DNA from: Candidatus Oxydemutatoraceae bacterium
Lineage (GTDB): Bacteria > Pseudomonadota > Gammaproteobacteria > Poriferisulfidales > Oxydemutatoraceae
DNA length: 64,000 nucleotides
Assembly: GCA_965220085.1 (NCBI GenBank)
Contig: CBDCOZ010000003.1
Coordinates: 928,001-992,000, forward strand
Reading direction: 5' to 3'
The position numbers and the translations under genes are program-made. Positions 10,304-20,487 of the stretch are shown here, one piece after another; positions within the stretch are counted from its first letter, which is position 1, and each line of letters starts with the position of its first letter. Below the pieces are notes generated by a model. That model did not search any database. It had not been told where the DNA came from and saw only the letters and a program-made list of their open reading frames with translations.

Positions 10304-11121
10304 GAGGCGCGTGTTGTCGCGGCGTTATGCGCGCAATCAAATGTCGCAAATAATTGCGAGCGCTCTTGCGAGTCGTCCAGGATCATCCGTTGCGGCGCCA
10401 GATGCAGGCGCCGCAGATCGCGCGCTCCGGGCGCCATCGTGAGGTATTCGCTGTGTCCCAATAGTTGCGCGGATATGGTCAGATACAGGCGTTGCAGGCA
10501 GGCGTCGGCGGCAAATGACTCAAACAACTCGGGGCCGGCACACAGATAAATCCGCTTAAAACCGAGCGTATCCAGTTGCGCTAACAACGCTCTGCCGGTT
10601 ACCCGTTGCCGCCCGGCTTCAATGACGCGGTATCCGCGTTTTTCATAATCTGCGCGCCGCCGCGTGTCGCCGTCGGCGCTGCTTGCGATGATGGTATTTT
10701 GCGGGTTGAGTTCCGCGGGCAGGGGAAACTCCAATGTGTTGCTGCAGATGACGGCCGCGGGTTGGGGGGGCATCGCGTGATCGCGTCGCCATTGCGTCAA
10801 ATCGCCATGCGGCGAATCATCGCCGACGGCGAGAATATCGCCGAGTCGTCCTTGCGCGCGCGCGCGCATATAGCCGCCGTGGGTGATGATGCAATCCGCT
10901 TGCGCCCTGAGTTCGAGAAAAAGCCGCAAGTCGTTGTCGCTTGTCAGCGCGGCGGGCAGCGTCAGGGCGCCGTTTTGCCGTACCGCTATGCGCCCGTCCA
11001 GGCTGGTTAAAAAGTTTGCGTAGACAAACGGTGTCTTTCCGCGCAAGGGAATTTCGTCCAGATAGATGCCGCGGATAGAGCGGTATGTCTTGGCTTCGGG
11101 GAATACTTGTATAATTGGCAT
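10300..11121 (-). CDS. RibD C-terminal / dihydrofolate-reductase-like protein
   Basis: ANFLTSLDGRIA N-terminal motif, ELRAQAD. Confidence 0.75.
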   Translation of the reverse strand: MPIIQVFPEAKTYRSIRGIYLDEIPLRGKTPFVYANFLTSLDGRIAVRQNGALTLPAALTSDNDLRLFLELRAQADCIITHGGYMRARAQGRLGDILAVGDDSPHGDLTQWRRDHAMPPQPAAVICSNTLEFPLPAELNPQNTIIASSADGDTRRRADYEKRGYRVIEAGRQRVTGRALLAQLDTLGFKRIYLCAGPELFESFAADACLQRLYLTISAQLLGHSEYLTMAPGARDLRRLHLAPQRMILDDSQERSQLFATFDCAHNAATTRAS

Positions 11122-11202
11122 CTCGCTATTTGCTTGTGTATAAAACTTTCATTATCGGCTAATCTCCGATGAGCACAGCCTAATGTAGCAGGAATAGAGA
11201 CC

Positions 11203-13008
11203 TTGAACAACATTCGTATTCTGCCTTCGCATCTGATCAACCAAATTGCCGCCGGCGAAGTGATCGAGCGGCCGGCGGCGGTCATTAAGGAATTGGTTGA
11301 AAATAGTCTGGATGCCGGCGCCCATCGCATCACAGCGAAGATCGAGCGCGGCGGCATCAAAAAAATTATTGTCACCGATGATGGCAGAGGCATCGCAAAG
11401 GACGATTTGACACTCGCATTGTCGCGTCACGCGACGAGCAAAATCAGCGAATTTGAGGATCTGGATAAAGTGCTTTCGTTTGGTTTCCGCGGCGAAGCGC
11501 TGCCCAGCATCGCCTCGGTTTCTTATTTGACGATCAAATCCTGCGCGGACGGAGGCAGCGGCTGGGGTTTGACCGCATCGCACGACGAGGAGCGGGAAGA
11601 AATAATTCCCTGCGCGCATCCCCGCGGCACGACGATCGAAGTGGCCGATCTGTTTTCTAATGTGCCGGCGCGCCGCAAGTTCCTCAAGAGCGAGCGTACC
11701 GAATTCATGCACATAAGAAGTTTTTTATACCGTTGCGCGCTCATGCGTTTTGATGTCGAACTGACATTTGAACACAACGGCAAAAATATTTTTCATTTTC
11801 CAAAAGCCGAAGACGAAGCCGCGCGTTTGAAGCGCATAGAAGCGATTATCGGCAGAGATTTTGCCGAGCAGTGCGTATGGTTTTCCAAGCAGGGCGACGG
11901 CATGCGGCTGTCGGGCTGGGTCGGTTTGCCGATTATTTCGCGCAGCCAGCCGGATATGCAATTCAGTTATGTGAACAGCCGAGTCGTGCGCAATAAGACG
12001 ATTAACCATGCGGTCAAGCAGGCGTATCAGGATGTGCTCTACCATGACCGCTTCCCGTATTGGCTGATTTATTTTGATATTGATCCGGCGCAGGTGGATG
12101 TCAATGTGCACCCGGCCAAACACGAGATACGGTTTAGAAACCAGCAACAAGCGCACGGCTTTATTGCCACGGCGATCAAGAGCGTACTTGCCGATATCAC
12201 CCCCGGCGATGCGCCCAACCTTGCCGAGCATCAGCGCGCATTGGCGGATGACAGCGCGCAAAAACAGCCGCCGCAACCCCCGCTCGGCGCATCGTTGCGC
12301 GGTGATTTGCGCCGCCGCGGCGCGGGTGATTTCATCCGCGCCGCCGCCGCGGACGCCAGTCGCGGCTACGGCGCGCAACCCGCGCATAGCGGCTCATCGG
12401 CGCGGGCGGCGATGGATGAGATGCCGCCGCTCGGCTTTGCGCTGTGCCAGATACACAATATTTACATCATTGCGCAGAACGAAGAGGGCATGGTGCTCGT
12501 CGATATGCACGCGGCGCACGAGCGGTGCACATACGAAAGGCTGAAGGATGCGTACAAAGGGGATGGCATTCGCACCCAACTGTTATTGGTGCCGCTATCC
12601 GTTGATGTGACCGAGAGCGAGGCGGATTTGTGCGAGCGCCACCATGACGTATTGCAACGCTTCGGGCTGGGGATAAGCCGCGGCTCGCCGCGCGCATTGA
12701 TTATTCGCAGTGTGCCGGGCTTGCTCGCCGATTCGTGCGATGCCGAAAAATTGCTGCGCGATGTGCTGTCCGACTTGTCCGAACACGGAGATGCGACCCG
12801 TGTCGAGCGCGAACTTGACGGCGTGTTGTCTGCGATGGCATGCCACGCTTCGGTGCGCGCCAATCACAAATTGACAGCGGACGATATGAATGCGTTGTTG
12901 CGCAGCATGGAAGCGAGCGAGAAGAGCGGACAGTGCAACCACGGCCGCCCGACTTGGGTGCAACTGAGCATCGGTCAGTTGGACAAATTGTTCAAGCGCG
13001 GCCAATAG
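11203..13008 (+). CDS. mutL: DNA mismatch repair endonuclease MutL
   Basis: NQIAAGEVIERP, GFRGEAL, DMHAAHER, CNHGRP. Confidence 0.97.
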   Translation: MNNIRILPSHLINQIAAGEVIERPAAVIKELVENSLDAGAHRITAKIERGGIKKIIVTDDGRGIAKDDLTLALSRHATSKISEFEDLDKVLSFGFRGEALPSIASVSYLTIKSCADGGSGWGLTASHDEEREEIIPCAHPRGTTIEVADLFSNVPARRKFLKSERTEFMHIRSFLYRCALMRFDVELTFEHNGKNIFHFPKAEDEAARLKRIEAIIGRDFAEQCVWFSKQGDGMRLSGWVGLPIISRSQPDMQFSYVNSRVVRNKTINHAVKQAYQDVLYHDRFPYWLIYFDIDPAQVDVNVHPAKHEIRFRNQQQAHGFIATAIKSVLADITPGDAPNLAEHQRALADDSAQKQPPQPPLGASLRGDLRRRGAGDFIRAAAADASRGYGAQPAHSGSSARAAMDEMPPLGFALCQIHNIYIIAQNEEGMVLVDMHAAHERCTYERLKDAYKGDGIRTQLLLVPLSVDVTESEADLCERHHDVLQRFGLGISRGSPRALIIRSVPGLLADSCDAEKLLRDVLSDLSEHGDATRVERELDGVLSAMACHASVRANHKLTADDMNALLRSMEASEKSGQCNHGRPTWVQLSIGQLDKLFKRGQ

Positions 13009-13012
13009 CAAT

Positions 13013-13954
13013 TTGACGCCCGCCGCCCGCCGCAAAATTATCTGTTTTATGGGACCGACGGCATGCGGCAAGAGCCGCTTGGCGATGGCCCTTGCCGAAC
13101 ATCTGCCGTGCGAGATTGTCAGCGTTGACTCCATGGCGATATACCGCGGCATGGACATCGGCGCCGCCAAGCCGAGCGTTGATGAGCGACGCAGAGTATG
13201 CCATCACCTGATCGATATCTGCGAACCGTCGCATAATTACTCGGTCGCGGAGTTTTGCGCCGCCGCACAGCGGGCGGTGCGGGCGATATTTGACCGCGGC
13301 AAAACCCCGCTTCTGGTCGGCGGCACGATGTTTTACTTCCATGCTTTGCAACACGGTTTGTCGCCTATGCCCCCGGCGGATGCGGAACTCCGCGACACGA
13401 TCAGGCGCCGGTTTGAGGCGGGCGGCGCAGCCGCATTGCGCGAGTGGTTGCGGCGGCTTGACGCCGATAGCGCCGCGCGCATCCATCCGAACGATGCGCA
13501 ACGGCTGCAACGGGCGATTGAGATATGCATCTTGAGCGGACGGACGATAGGCGATCTGCCGTCGCGACAAGCGCCGTCGTTCGACGCGGCACAGATCCGC
13601 CGCTTTGCCATCGATTTTGAAAACAGATCTTTGTTGCATCGGCGCATCGAGCGCCGCTTTGACAAAATGTTACGACAAGGTTTGGCCGACGAATTGGCCG
13701 GGTTGTTGGCGCAAGGGCGGGTCGGCCCGCGCTGTAATGCGCTGCGCGGAGTCGGTTATCGCCAGATGTGGGAATACCTGAGCGGCAAGGTCGATTATGA
13801 AACGATGCGCCGCCAAGCCATCGCCGCCGGACGCCAATTGGCCAAGCGGCAATTGACCTGGATGCGGCGGATGGATACGCCGCTTTTCCATGCGGATCGT
13901 TTGTCTGACAGGGAAATTATCGCAAAGATTGAGAAAATCGCGGCAAAGGGGTAG
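13013..13954 (+). CDS. miaA: tRNA dimethylallyltransferase
   Basis: GPTACGKS, DSMAIYRGMDIG, AKRQLTW; follows mutL. Confidence 0.96.
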   Translation: MTPAARRKIICFMGPTACGKSRLAMALAEHLPCEIVSVDSMAIYRGMDIGAAKPSVDERRRVCHHLIDICEPSHNYSVAEFCAAAQRAVRAIFDRGKTPLLVGGTMFYFHALQHGLSPMPPADAELRDTIRRRFEAGGAAALREWLRRLDADSAARIHPNDAQRLQRAIEICILSGRTIGDLPSRQAPSFDAAQIRRFAIDFENRSLLHRRIERRFDKMLRQGLADELAGLLAQGRVGPRCNALRGVGYRQMWEYLSGKVDYETMRRQAIAAGRQLAKRQLTWMRRMDTPLFHADRLSDREIIAKIEKIAAKG

Positions 13955-13995
13955 ACTAGGGCTTGTGTAGCATAACGAAATAACGGGGGTCTACA

Positions 13996-14265
13996 ATGAT
14001 ACAACAGCAACCTCTACAAGACGCGTTTCTTAACAATATTCGCAAGAACTCCACGCTTGTGTCCATTTACCTTGTCAGCGGAATCAAACTGCAAGGTCAT
14101 GTCGATTCGTTCGATCAGTTTACAGTGTTTTTAAGAAACAATGTTGTCCAGATGGTATACAAGCATGCGATTGCGACCATCATCCCGATGCAAGGGGATG
14201 GGAATTCGCCGATACCCGGCAAAGTATCGTCTCGCATGTCTGCTGACGCGCCGAGCAAGTTTTGA
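13996..14265 (+). CDS. hfq: RNA chaperone Hfq
   Basis: LQDAFLN, GIKLQG, YKHAI; follows miaA. Confidence 0.96.
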   Translation: MIQQQPLQDAFLNNIRKNSTLVSIYLVSGIKLQGHVDSFDQFTVFLRNNVVQMVYKHAIATIIPMQGDGNSPIPGKVSSRMSADAPSKF

Positions 14266-15050
14266 TGTGGCGTGTCGAACCGATCCCGGCATTCGCGGAT
14301 AATTATCTGTGGTTGCTGGTCGGCGATACCAAGGATGCGGCAATCGTTGATCCGGGGGATGCCGCCCCGGTGTTGCGGGCGTTAGATGCCCGGCGATTGT
14401 CGCTTTCCGCTATCCTGATTACCCACCATCACGCCGACCATATCGGCGGGGCGGCGGAACTGTTGTCCCGCTTCCCGAATGCCGCGGCATATGGCCCTGC
14501 GGATAAGCGAATCGGCGGTATCACGCGTCGGGTCGCGGAGGGGGATGCCGTCGGTTTGGATTTTTTGCCGGCGCGGTTTCGCGTCGTCGAAGTGCCGGGG
14601 CATACGGCTACGCATATCGCTTACCACACATCCGACGGAGGGCATAGGCTGTTCTGCGGCGACACGCTGTTTGCCTGCGGTTGCGGACGGGTATTTGAAG
14701 GCAGCCACGAACAGATGCGCGACTCTTTGCTCAAGTTGCGGGGCTTGCCGCCGCAGACCGAAATTTATTGCGCGCACGAATATACGCTTGGCAATATCGC
14801 GTTTGCAAAATGTGTCGAACCCGATAACGCGGCGTTGCTTGCGCGCGAACACGACGCGAAGGCGCTGCGCCGCGCCAATCGGCCGACCGTTCCGTCGACC
14901 TTGGCGCTTGAGCGCGAGACCAATCCCTTTCTGCGCTTTGATTGCCCGACCGTGGCGGATATGGCTTCAAGGCATGCGGGGCAGCCGCTGGATTCCGGCG
15001 CGCGGGTGTTTTCCCACATCCGCTCGTGGAAAGATACGTGGTCGGGATAA
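14265..15050 (+). CDS. gloB: Hydroxyacylglutathione hydrolase (glyoxalase II)
   Basis: DNYLW, THHHADHIGG, GDTLF, CAHEYT, NPFLR. Confidence 0.95.
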   Translation: MWRVEPIPAFADNYLWLLVGDTKDAAIVDPGDAAPVLRALDARRLSLSAILITHHHADHIGGAAELLSRFPNAAAYGPADKRIGGITRRVAEGDAVGLDFLPARFRVVEVPGHTATHIAYHTSDGGHRLFCGDTLFACGCGRVFEGSHEQMRDSLLKLRGLPPQTEIYCAHEYTLGNIAFAKCVEPDNAALLAREHDAKALRRANRPTVPSTLALERETNPFLRFDCPTVADMASRHAGQPLDSGARVFSHIRSWKDTWSG

Positions 15051-15059
15051 AGTTATGCG

Positions 15060-16745
15060 TCAACCGGCGTTCGCCGGCGGTTTCCGTTTGATTTTCTCCC
15101 AACTGTCGCAGAGCGTCATGATGCGGTTTATCACAAGCGAGCGGTCGCTGCGGCTGTCGGCGACGAAGTAACCGAGCCTTTCAAACTGGTAGGGTTGCCC
15201 CGCTTGCATAGCGCCAAGACCGGGTTCCAGCATCGCGTTTTCCGCCGCGACCTTTGAGCGCGGGTTGAGAGCGGCGTTCAAATCCTCGCTCGCCGCCGGG
15301 TTGTGTTCGGCAAACAAGCGGTCGTACAGATATACTTTTGCTTTGACCGCATGCGCCGCGCTGACCCAGTGAATCGTGCCTTTGACTTTGCGCCCGTCGG
15401 GGCTGCCGCCGCCGCGAGTCTGCGGGTCATAACGACAGCGCAGTTCCGTAATCTCGCCGTTGGAATCTTTGATGACCTCCTCGCAAGTGATGTAATAGGC
15501 GTATTTCAGCCGCACTTCGCGTTGCGGCGCCAAGCGGAAAAACTTTGCCGGCGGGTTTTCCATAAAGTCGTCTCTTTCAATATATATCTCGCGCGAAAAA
15601 GGCACTTGGCGACTGTCGGAGGGCTGCTTGGGGTTGTTCGCCGCGGCGACCGTCTCGGTTTTGTCCTCGGGATAGTTTGTAATCACCGCTTTAAGAGGAT
15701 TCAAAACCGCCATGGCCCTCGGCGTTGTGAGGTTTAACTCATCGCGGATACACGTTTCCAAAAACTCTATTTCTATCAGGCTGTTCTTTTTTGTCACCCC
15801 GATGCATTCGCAGAATGTGCGGATAGCGGCGGCGGGAATTCCGCGCCGCCGCATGCCGGCGATGGTCAACAGGCGGGGATCGTCCCACCCGTCCGCTGCG
15901 CCGCTATCGATCAATGATTTCAGTTTTCTCTTGCTTGTGATCGTATGGCTCAACTCCAGCCGCGCGAACTCAATCTGTCGCGGATGATGCATCTCCAGCG
16001 TCTCCAGAAACCAGTCGTATAGCGGGCGGTGGTCTTCAAACTCCAGCGTGCACAGAGAGTGCGTGATTCCCTCGATTGAATCGGAAATACAGTGGGCGAA
16101 ATCGTAAGACGGATATATGCGCCATTGCTTTTCGGTGCGGTCATGTCGGCTGTGGCGGATGCGGTATATCACCGGGTCGCGCATATTGATATTCGGCGAG
16201 TCCATCGCGATCTTGGCCCGCAGTACGCGCGCTCCGTCCGCGTACTCCCCGGCGCGCATCTTGTTGAAAAGGTCGATATTTTCTTCGATGCTGCGCGCAC
16301 GGTAGGGGCTGTCGCTGCCGGCTTGGGTCAGGCTGCCGCGGCGTTCGCGAATCTGCTCGTTATTTAGGTCGCACACATACGCTTTGCCTTTTTTGATCAG
16401 CGCGACAGCGCAGTCAAACAGCTTCTCAAAATAATCGGAAGCATGGAGGATATTCTTCTCGCGGTAACCGAGCCAATGCATGTCTTCAATAATGGCGCGT
16501 CTGAATTCGGCCTCTTCCTTTTCCGGATTGGTGTCATCAAAGCGCAGGTTGCAATGGCCGCCGCCGAATTCTTTTGCTATGCCGAAATTAAGCCAAATAG
16601 ACTTTGCGTGTCCGATGTGCAGATAGCCGTTCGGTTCCGGCGGGAAGCGCGTGATCACTTTGCCGTCGTATCTGTTGTTGGCGATATCTTCCCGCACGAG
16701 GGCGCGGATAAAGTTTGCCGGGGTGTCATATTCCGTTTTTTTCAT
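15060..16745 (-). CDS. glnS: Glutamine--tRNA ligase
   Basis: RFPPEPNGYLHIGH, RFDDTNP, QFERLGYF; true start likely MKKTEY at 16745. Confidence 0.96.
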   Translation of the reverse strand: MKKTEYDTPANFIRALVREDIANNRYDGKVITRFPPEPNGYLHIGHAKSIWLNFGIAKEFGGGHCNLRFDDTNPEKEEAEFRRAIIEDMHWLGYREKNILHASDYFEKLFDCAVALIKKGKAYVCDLNNEQIRERRGSLTQAGSDSPYRARSIEENIDLFNKMRAGEYADGARVLRAKIAMDSPNINMRDPVIYRIRHSRHDRTEKQWRIYPSYDFAHCISDSIEGITHSLCTLEFEDHRPLYDWFLETLEMHHPRQIEFARLELSHTITSKRKLKSLIDSGAADGWDDPRLLTIAGMRRRGIPAAAIRTFCECIGVTKKNSLIEIEFLETCIRDELNLTTPRAMAVLNPLKAVITNYPEDKTETVAAANNPKQPSDSRQVPFSREIYIERDDFMENPPAKFFRLAPQREVRLKYAYYITCEEVIKDSNGEITELRCRYDPQTRGGGSPDGRKVKGTIHWVSAAHAVKAKVYLYDRLFAEHNPAASEDLNAALNPRSKVAAENAMLEPGLGAMQAGQPYQFERLGYFVADSRSDRSLVINRIMTLCDSWEKIKRKPPANAG

Positions 16746-16799
16746 TGTGGTATAAAATAATCTCTTCGGCAAAGAATTATAACCGTAGTACTCTTCATT

Positions 16800-17615
16800 A
16801 TGCAGAACAGTTATCCCGCGCGCGCATCCGCCAAAGAGCCTTGGCGGCATTTTGATGCTGCGGCGCTCGTCGCATCGTTGCCGCCGCAGCCCGGAAAGAA
16901 GATTACCGCCTTGGCATTGTTTGACGCGCTCGATTCTACCAATGACTATCTGCTCTCCAAGGGCGCGCCTTGCAAAGGTTTCGCTCTGTGTATGGCCAAA
17001 TCTCAGAGCAAAGGCCGCGGGCGTCGGGGGCGCGCGTGGGCATCGCCTGCGGGCGGCAATATCTATTTGTCGCTTGCTTGGCATAAGCACAAGGGCTATC
17101 GGTGCGACGGTTGGCTGGGTCTGATGATCGCGTTGGAATTGGCGCGTTGCCTGTCGGAGTTCTCTCCGTCTTTTGTCGGTGTGAAATGGCCCAATGATAT
17201 CTGCTGCGAAGGGCGCAAACTCGGCGGTATCTTGGCCGAAAAGGCCGGTTCTTTGTATGTTGTCGGCCTCGGCTTAAATGTGATGACAAACGAGATGCGG
17301 TTGTGCGATATCGGCGGCAACCGGACGAGTTTGCAAGATGTCGGCGTGAGTCTGCATCGCTACCCGCAGATCGTCGCGGCGATCATTGCCAAGATGATCG
17401 ATGCCATTGAGTTTGTCGCCCGCGGCGATATTGCGCGGATGCAGAGTTTGTACCGTCCTTTTGATCTGATCTACGGTCGCAACGTCAGGGTGCGGAGCGC
17501 GGACGGGGATTTCGTCGGCACCGCCGACGGGGTTGACGATCGCGGGCTGTTGCGGGTGACTACGTCCGCCAGCGTCAAACTCTGTTGTTCGAATGAGACC
17601 AGCGTCCGCCTATGA
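16800..17615 (+). CDS. birA: Biotin--[acetyl-CoA carboxylase] ligase (no N-terminal HTH evident)
   Basis: DSTN, GRGRRGRAW, KWPND, KLGGIL. Confidence 0.92.
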   Translation: MQNSYPARASAKEPWRHFDAAALVASLPPQPGKKITALALFDALDSTNDYLLSKGAPCKGFALCMAKSQSKGRGRRGRAWASPAGGNIYLSLAWHKHKGYRCDGWLGLMIALELARCLSEFSPSFVGVKWPNDICCEGRKLGGILAEKAGSLYVVGLGLNVMTNEMRLCDIGGNRTSLQDVGVSLHRYPQIVAAIIAKMIDAIEFVARGDIARMQSLYRPFDLIYGRNVRVRSADGDFVGTADGVDDRGLLRVTTSASVKLCCSNETSVRL

Positions 17616-18358
17616 AGTGGCTGTTTGATATCGGCAACAGCCGTTGCAAATTCGCTCTTTGCCGCGACGGCAGGATGACCGCGCGCAAGGATACCGCGCG
17701 CGACCTCTCGGGCCTGCGCCCGTGGTTAGCCGCTCACGCGGACGGCGCGGAGTCGGTCTGGGTTGCCAGCGTTGCCGGCGCCAAGACCGACAAGAAACTT
17801 GCGGATATGGTCGCAAGCTTTGGCCTGCGGGCATACTTTATCGGCGCAGCGGATGCGGACTGCGGGATGAAAACAGCGTATCGGAGCGAGCAACTGGGCA
17901 TCGACCGCTTGGTATGTTTGATCGCGGCATGGCAGCGCGTGAAACGTTCGTGCATTGTTGCGGACTGCGGCACCGCCACGACAGTCGATTATCTCGATCA
18001 TCGCGGCGAGCACCGCGGCGGCGTTATTTTTTCCGGTCTTGCGACCGCATATGCGGGGTTGCGCCGGGGCACCGCTGCTCTGCCGCGCGGCGGCTTCGGC
18101 AATGCGCTTACCGTGTTTGCAACCTCTACCGAAAGCGCGATTGAAAGCGGTTGCCGCTACGCCCTGATCGCGGGCGTTAAAGAAGCCGTGCAAAGGATGC
18201 GCGCCGCCGCCGACACCGACGCCCCCGCGCTTCTGACCGGCGGTTGCGGCGAGATGGTGTGCGCCGAACTTGGCGAGCGCGCCGAATATATCCGCGACTT
18301 GTCGCTTGAAGGAATCGCTATGTTGTCCGAGCAGAGGGAGAGCCGGTGCCGGCATTGA
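17612..18358 (+). CDS. coaX: Type III pantothenate kinase
   Basis: DIGNSRCK, LGIDR, DCGTATT; follows birA. Confidence 0.92.
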   Translation: MKWLFDIGNSRCKFALCRDGRMTARKDTARDLSGLRPWLAAHADGAESVWVASVAGAKTDKKLADMVASFGLRAYFIGAADADCGMKTAYRSEQLGIDRLVCLIAAWQRVKRSCIVADCGTATTVDYLDHRGEHRGGVIFSGLATAYAGLRRGTAALPRGGFGNALTVFATSTESAIESGCRYALIAGVKEAVQRMRAAADTDAPALLTGGCGEMVCAELGERAEYIRDLSLEGIAMLSEQRESRCRH

Positions 18359-19365
18359 TGATCGGCGTCGAAGGGGAGCGACTGGGCGCGCACGACAGAC
18401 GTCGCCTGGCGCATCCTCTGGTCGGCGGAGCAATCATCATGGCGCGCAACTACTCCGACCGCTCCCAGTTGCGGGACTTGACCGCGGAGATGCGCGCAAT
18501 CGACCCCGAATTAATCATAGCCGTCGATCAGGAAGGCGGGCGGGTGCAGCGGTTGCAAGAGGGCTTTACGCGTTTGCCGGCGATGCGAACGATCGGGGAC
18601 ATATATGTTCAAGATCCTCAGGTCGCGCGACAGCTTGCGCACGACTGCGGCGTTGTCATGGCGACCGAGTTGCGGGCTGTCGGCATCGATATCAGTTTCG
18701 CGCCGGCGCTGGATTTGGACCGAGGCAGCGGTGTCATCGGCGATCGCGCGTTTTCATCCGCGCCGGCAACGGTAACCGAGTTGGGCGGGCGCTTGATTGC
18801 CGGCCTGCGCCGTTGCGGCAGTATCGCGGTGGGAAAACATTTCCCGGGGCACGGTTCGGTCGCGCCGGATACGCACGATGAAGTGGTCTGCGACGAACGC
18901 AAGCCGGAAGACATCATGAACAGCGATGCGCGACCGTTTGCCGATTTGATGGCAGCGGGGCGGTTGGATGCGATAATGCTTTCCCACATTATCTATGCGG
19001 CGGTCGATGCGCGACCGGCCGCTTTGTCGGCGGTATGGTTGCGCGATATATTACGGCGGCGCATGGGTTTTCAAGGCTTTGTATTCGGCGATGATCTGGG
19101 CATGGCGGGCAGCGCAAACCCCGGCCTGCGTCAAATCGGCGACGCGATGGAGAGCGGGTGCGATATGATACTTGCGACGAATGATCACGCTATGGCAGAC
19201 CGTATAATGGGCAGTTTTGACGAGGCGCAAGCGACGGCATACCGTGCCGAGGCGAGGCGCCGCTGGCGGGCGATTTGCGATAAGGTGTCGCGACAGTCCG
19301 TCGGCGAAAGCGATTATGAGGCGGCGGTCGCCCGATTGCGCGCGCTGCATAATGACACACCGTGA
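18346..19365 (+). CDS. nagZ: Beta-N-acetylhexosaminidase (GH3)
   Basis: DQEGGRVQR, KHFPGHG. Confidence 0.93.
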   Translation: MPALMIGVEGERLGAHDRRRLAHPLVGGAIIMARNYSDRSQLRDLTAEMRAIDPELIIAVDQEGGRVQRLQEGFTRLPAMRTIGDIYVQDPQVARQLAHDCGVVMATELRAVGIDISFAPALDLDRGSGVIGDRAFSSAPATVTELGGRLIAGLRRCGSIAVGKHFPGHGSVAPDTHDEVVCDERKPEDIMNSDARPFADLMAAGRLDAIMLSHIIYAAVDARPAALSAVWLRDILRRRMGFQGFVFGDDLGMAGSANPGLRQIGDAMESGCDMILATNDHAMADRIMGSFDEAQATAYRAEARRRWRAICDKVSRQSVGESDYEAAVARLRALHNDTP

Positions 19366-19374
19366 GGAGGACAG

Positions 19375-20487
19375 TTGAAAGAACAAGTATTTGAATGGAT
19401 GTCCCTTTTGGGACTGGAACCGCAGTCCGGCATTGCCGTTGCGGCAGCGGTCTTTGTGATAGTGACCGTTATTTTATCGGTCGGGATGCTGCTCAATTTC
19501 GGCATCAAGAGATTGCTTCTGGCATCACAAAAGACAGCGACCGTATGGGATGATGCCTTGCTTGAGAGTTTCAAGGGCCCGGTCACCCTGCTGGTTTGGT
19601 CCGTCGGTCTGACGTATGCGGCCGAGTTGGCATGGCGGGATGTGGATGAAGGCCTGAACCGCATCATCGCCAATCTGCGCAACCTGGCTGTTATCGTATC
19701 GCTCGCGTGGCTGGTCGTTCGCTTTCTGAACAACATAGAAAAGAGCATCCTTGCGCAAAGGTATCAAAAGATAAAACTGGATGCGGTCGGCTTGCGCGCG
19801 CTGAACAAGGCGCTCAAAGCGGCGACCGTGATCACCGCCGCGTTGATGGCGCTGAGCACGATGGGTTACAGCATCTCCGGAGTGCTCGCTTTTGGCGGCA
19901 TAGGGGGCATTGCCATCGGTTTTGCCGCCCGCGATTTGTTGGCAAACTTCTTTGGCGGTCTGATGATTTACCTCGACCGACCGTTCTCGGAAGGCGAGCG
20001 CATCTCCTCGCCCGACGGCGCGATCAGGGGGACGGTCGAAGATATCGGTTGGCGCCTGACCAAGATACGCACCTTTGAAATGCGCGCGCTGTATGTTCCC
20101 AATTCCACTTTCGCCAACATCGCCATAGAAAACATAAGCCGCATGACCCACCGCCGTATCCGAGAAATGATAGGGGTGCGCTATGACGATGTCGCCAAGG
20201 TGCCCGAGATCGCCAAGCAGATTGAAGAGATGTTCGTTGCGAGCGGCAACATCGATACCAACCAATCGATAGTCGTTCGGCTTGCTAACTTCGGCGCTTC
20301 ATCGGTAGATATTTTTGTCAATGTCTATACGAAAACGGTCGACTGGAGCGAATTTCACGAGGTCAAGCAACAATTGATGATGCAAATTCACCGGATTGTC
20401 GAGGACAACCGCGCCGAGATCGCTTTCCCGACGACGACGGTACATGTCGCCGAACTGCCGTCGGCGAAACCGCCGCCATCATCTTGA
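19375..20487 (+). CDS. Mechanosensitive ion channel, MscS family
   Basis: GGIGGIAIGFAARDLLANFFGG, GTVEDIGWRLT, IAFPT. Confidence 0.92.
   Translation: MKEQVFEWMSLLGLEPQSGIAVAAAVFVIVTVILSVGMLLNFGIKRLLLASQKTATVWDDALLESFKGPVTLLVWSVGLTYAAELAWRDVDEGLNRIIANLRNLAVIVSLAWLVVRFLNNIEKSILAQRYQKIKLDAVGLRALNKALKAATVITAALMALSTMGYSISGVLAFGGIGGIAIGFAARDLLANFFGGLMIYLDRPFSEGERISSPDGAIRGTVEDIGWRLTKIRTFEMRALYVPNSTFANIAIENISRMTHRRIREMIGVRYDDVAKVPEIAKQIEEMFVASGNIDTNQSIVVRLANFGASSVDIFVNVYTKTVDWSEFHEVKQQLMMQIHRIVEDNRAEIAFPTTTVHVAELPSAKPPPSS

Noticed and set aside
16746-17090. N-terminal extension of glnS in the ORF track (similar extensions for fhcC, yrbG, lpxB, phoU)
   Set aside because: Extensions overlap neighbouring genes or lack family similarity; downstream ATG starts fit better.
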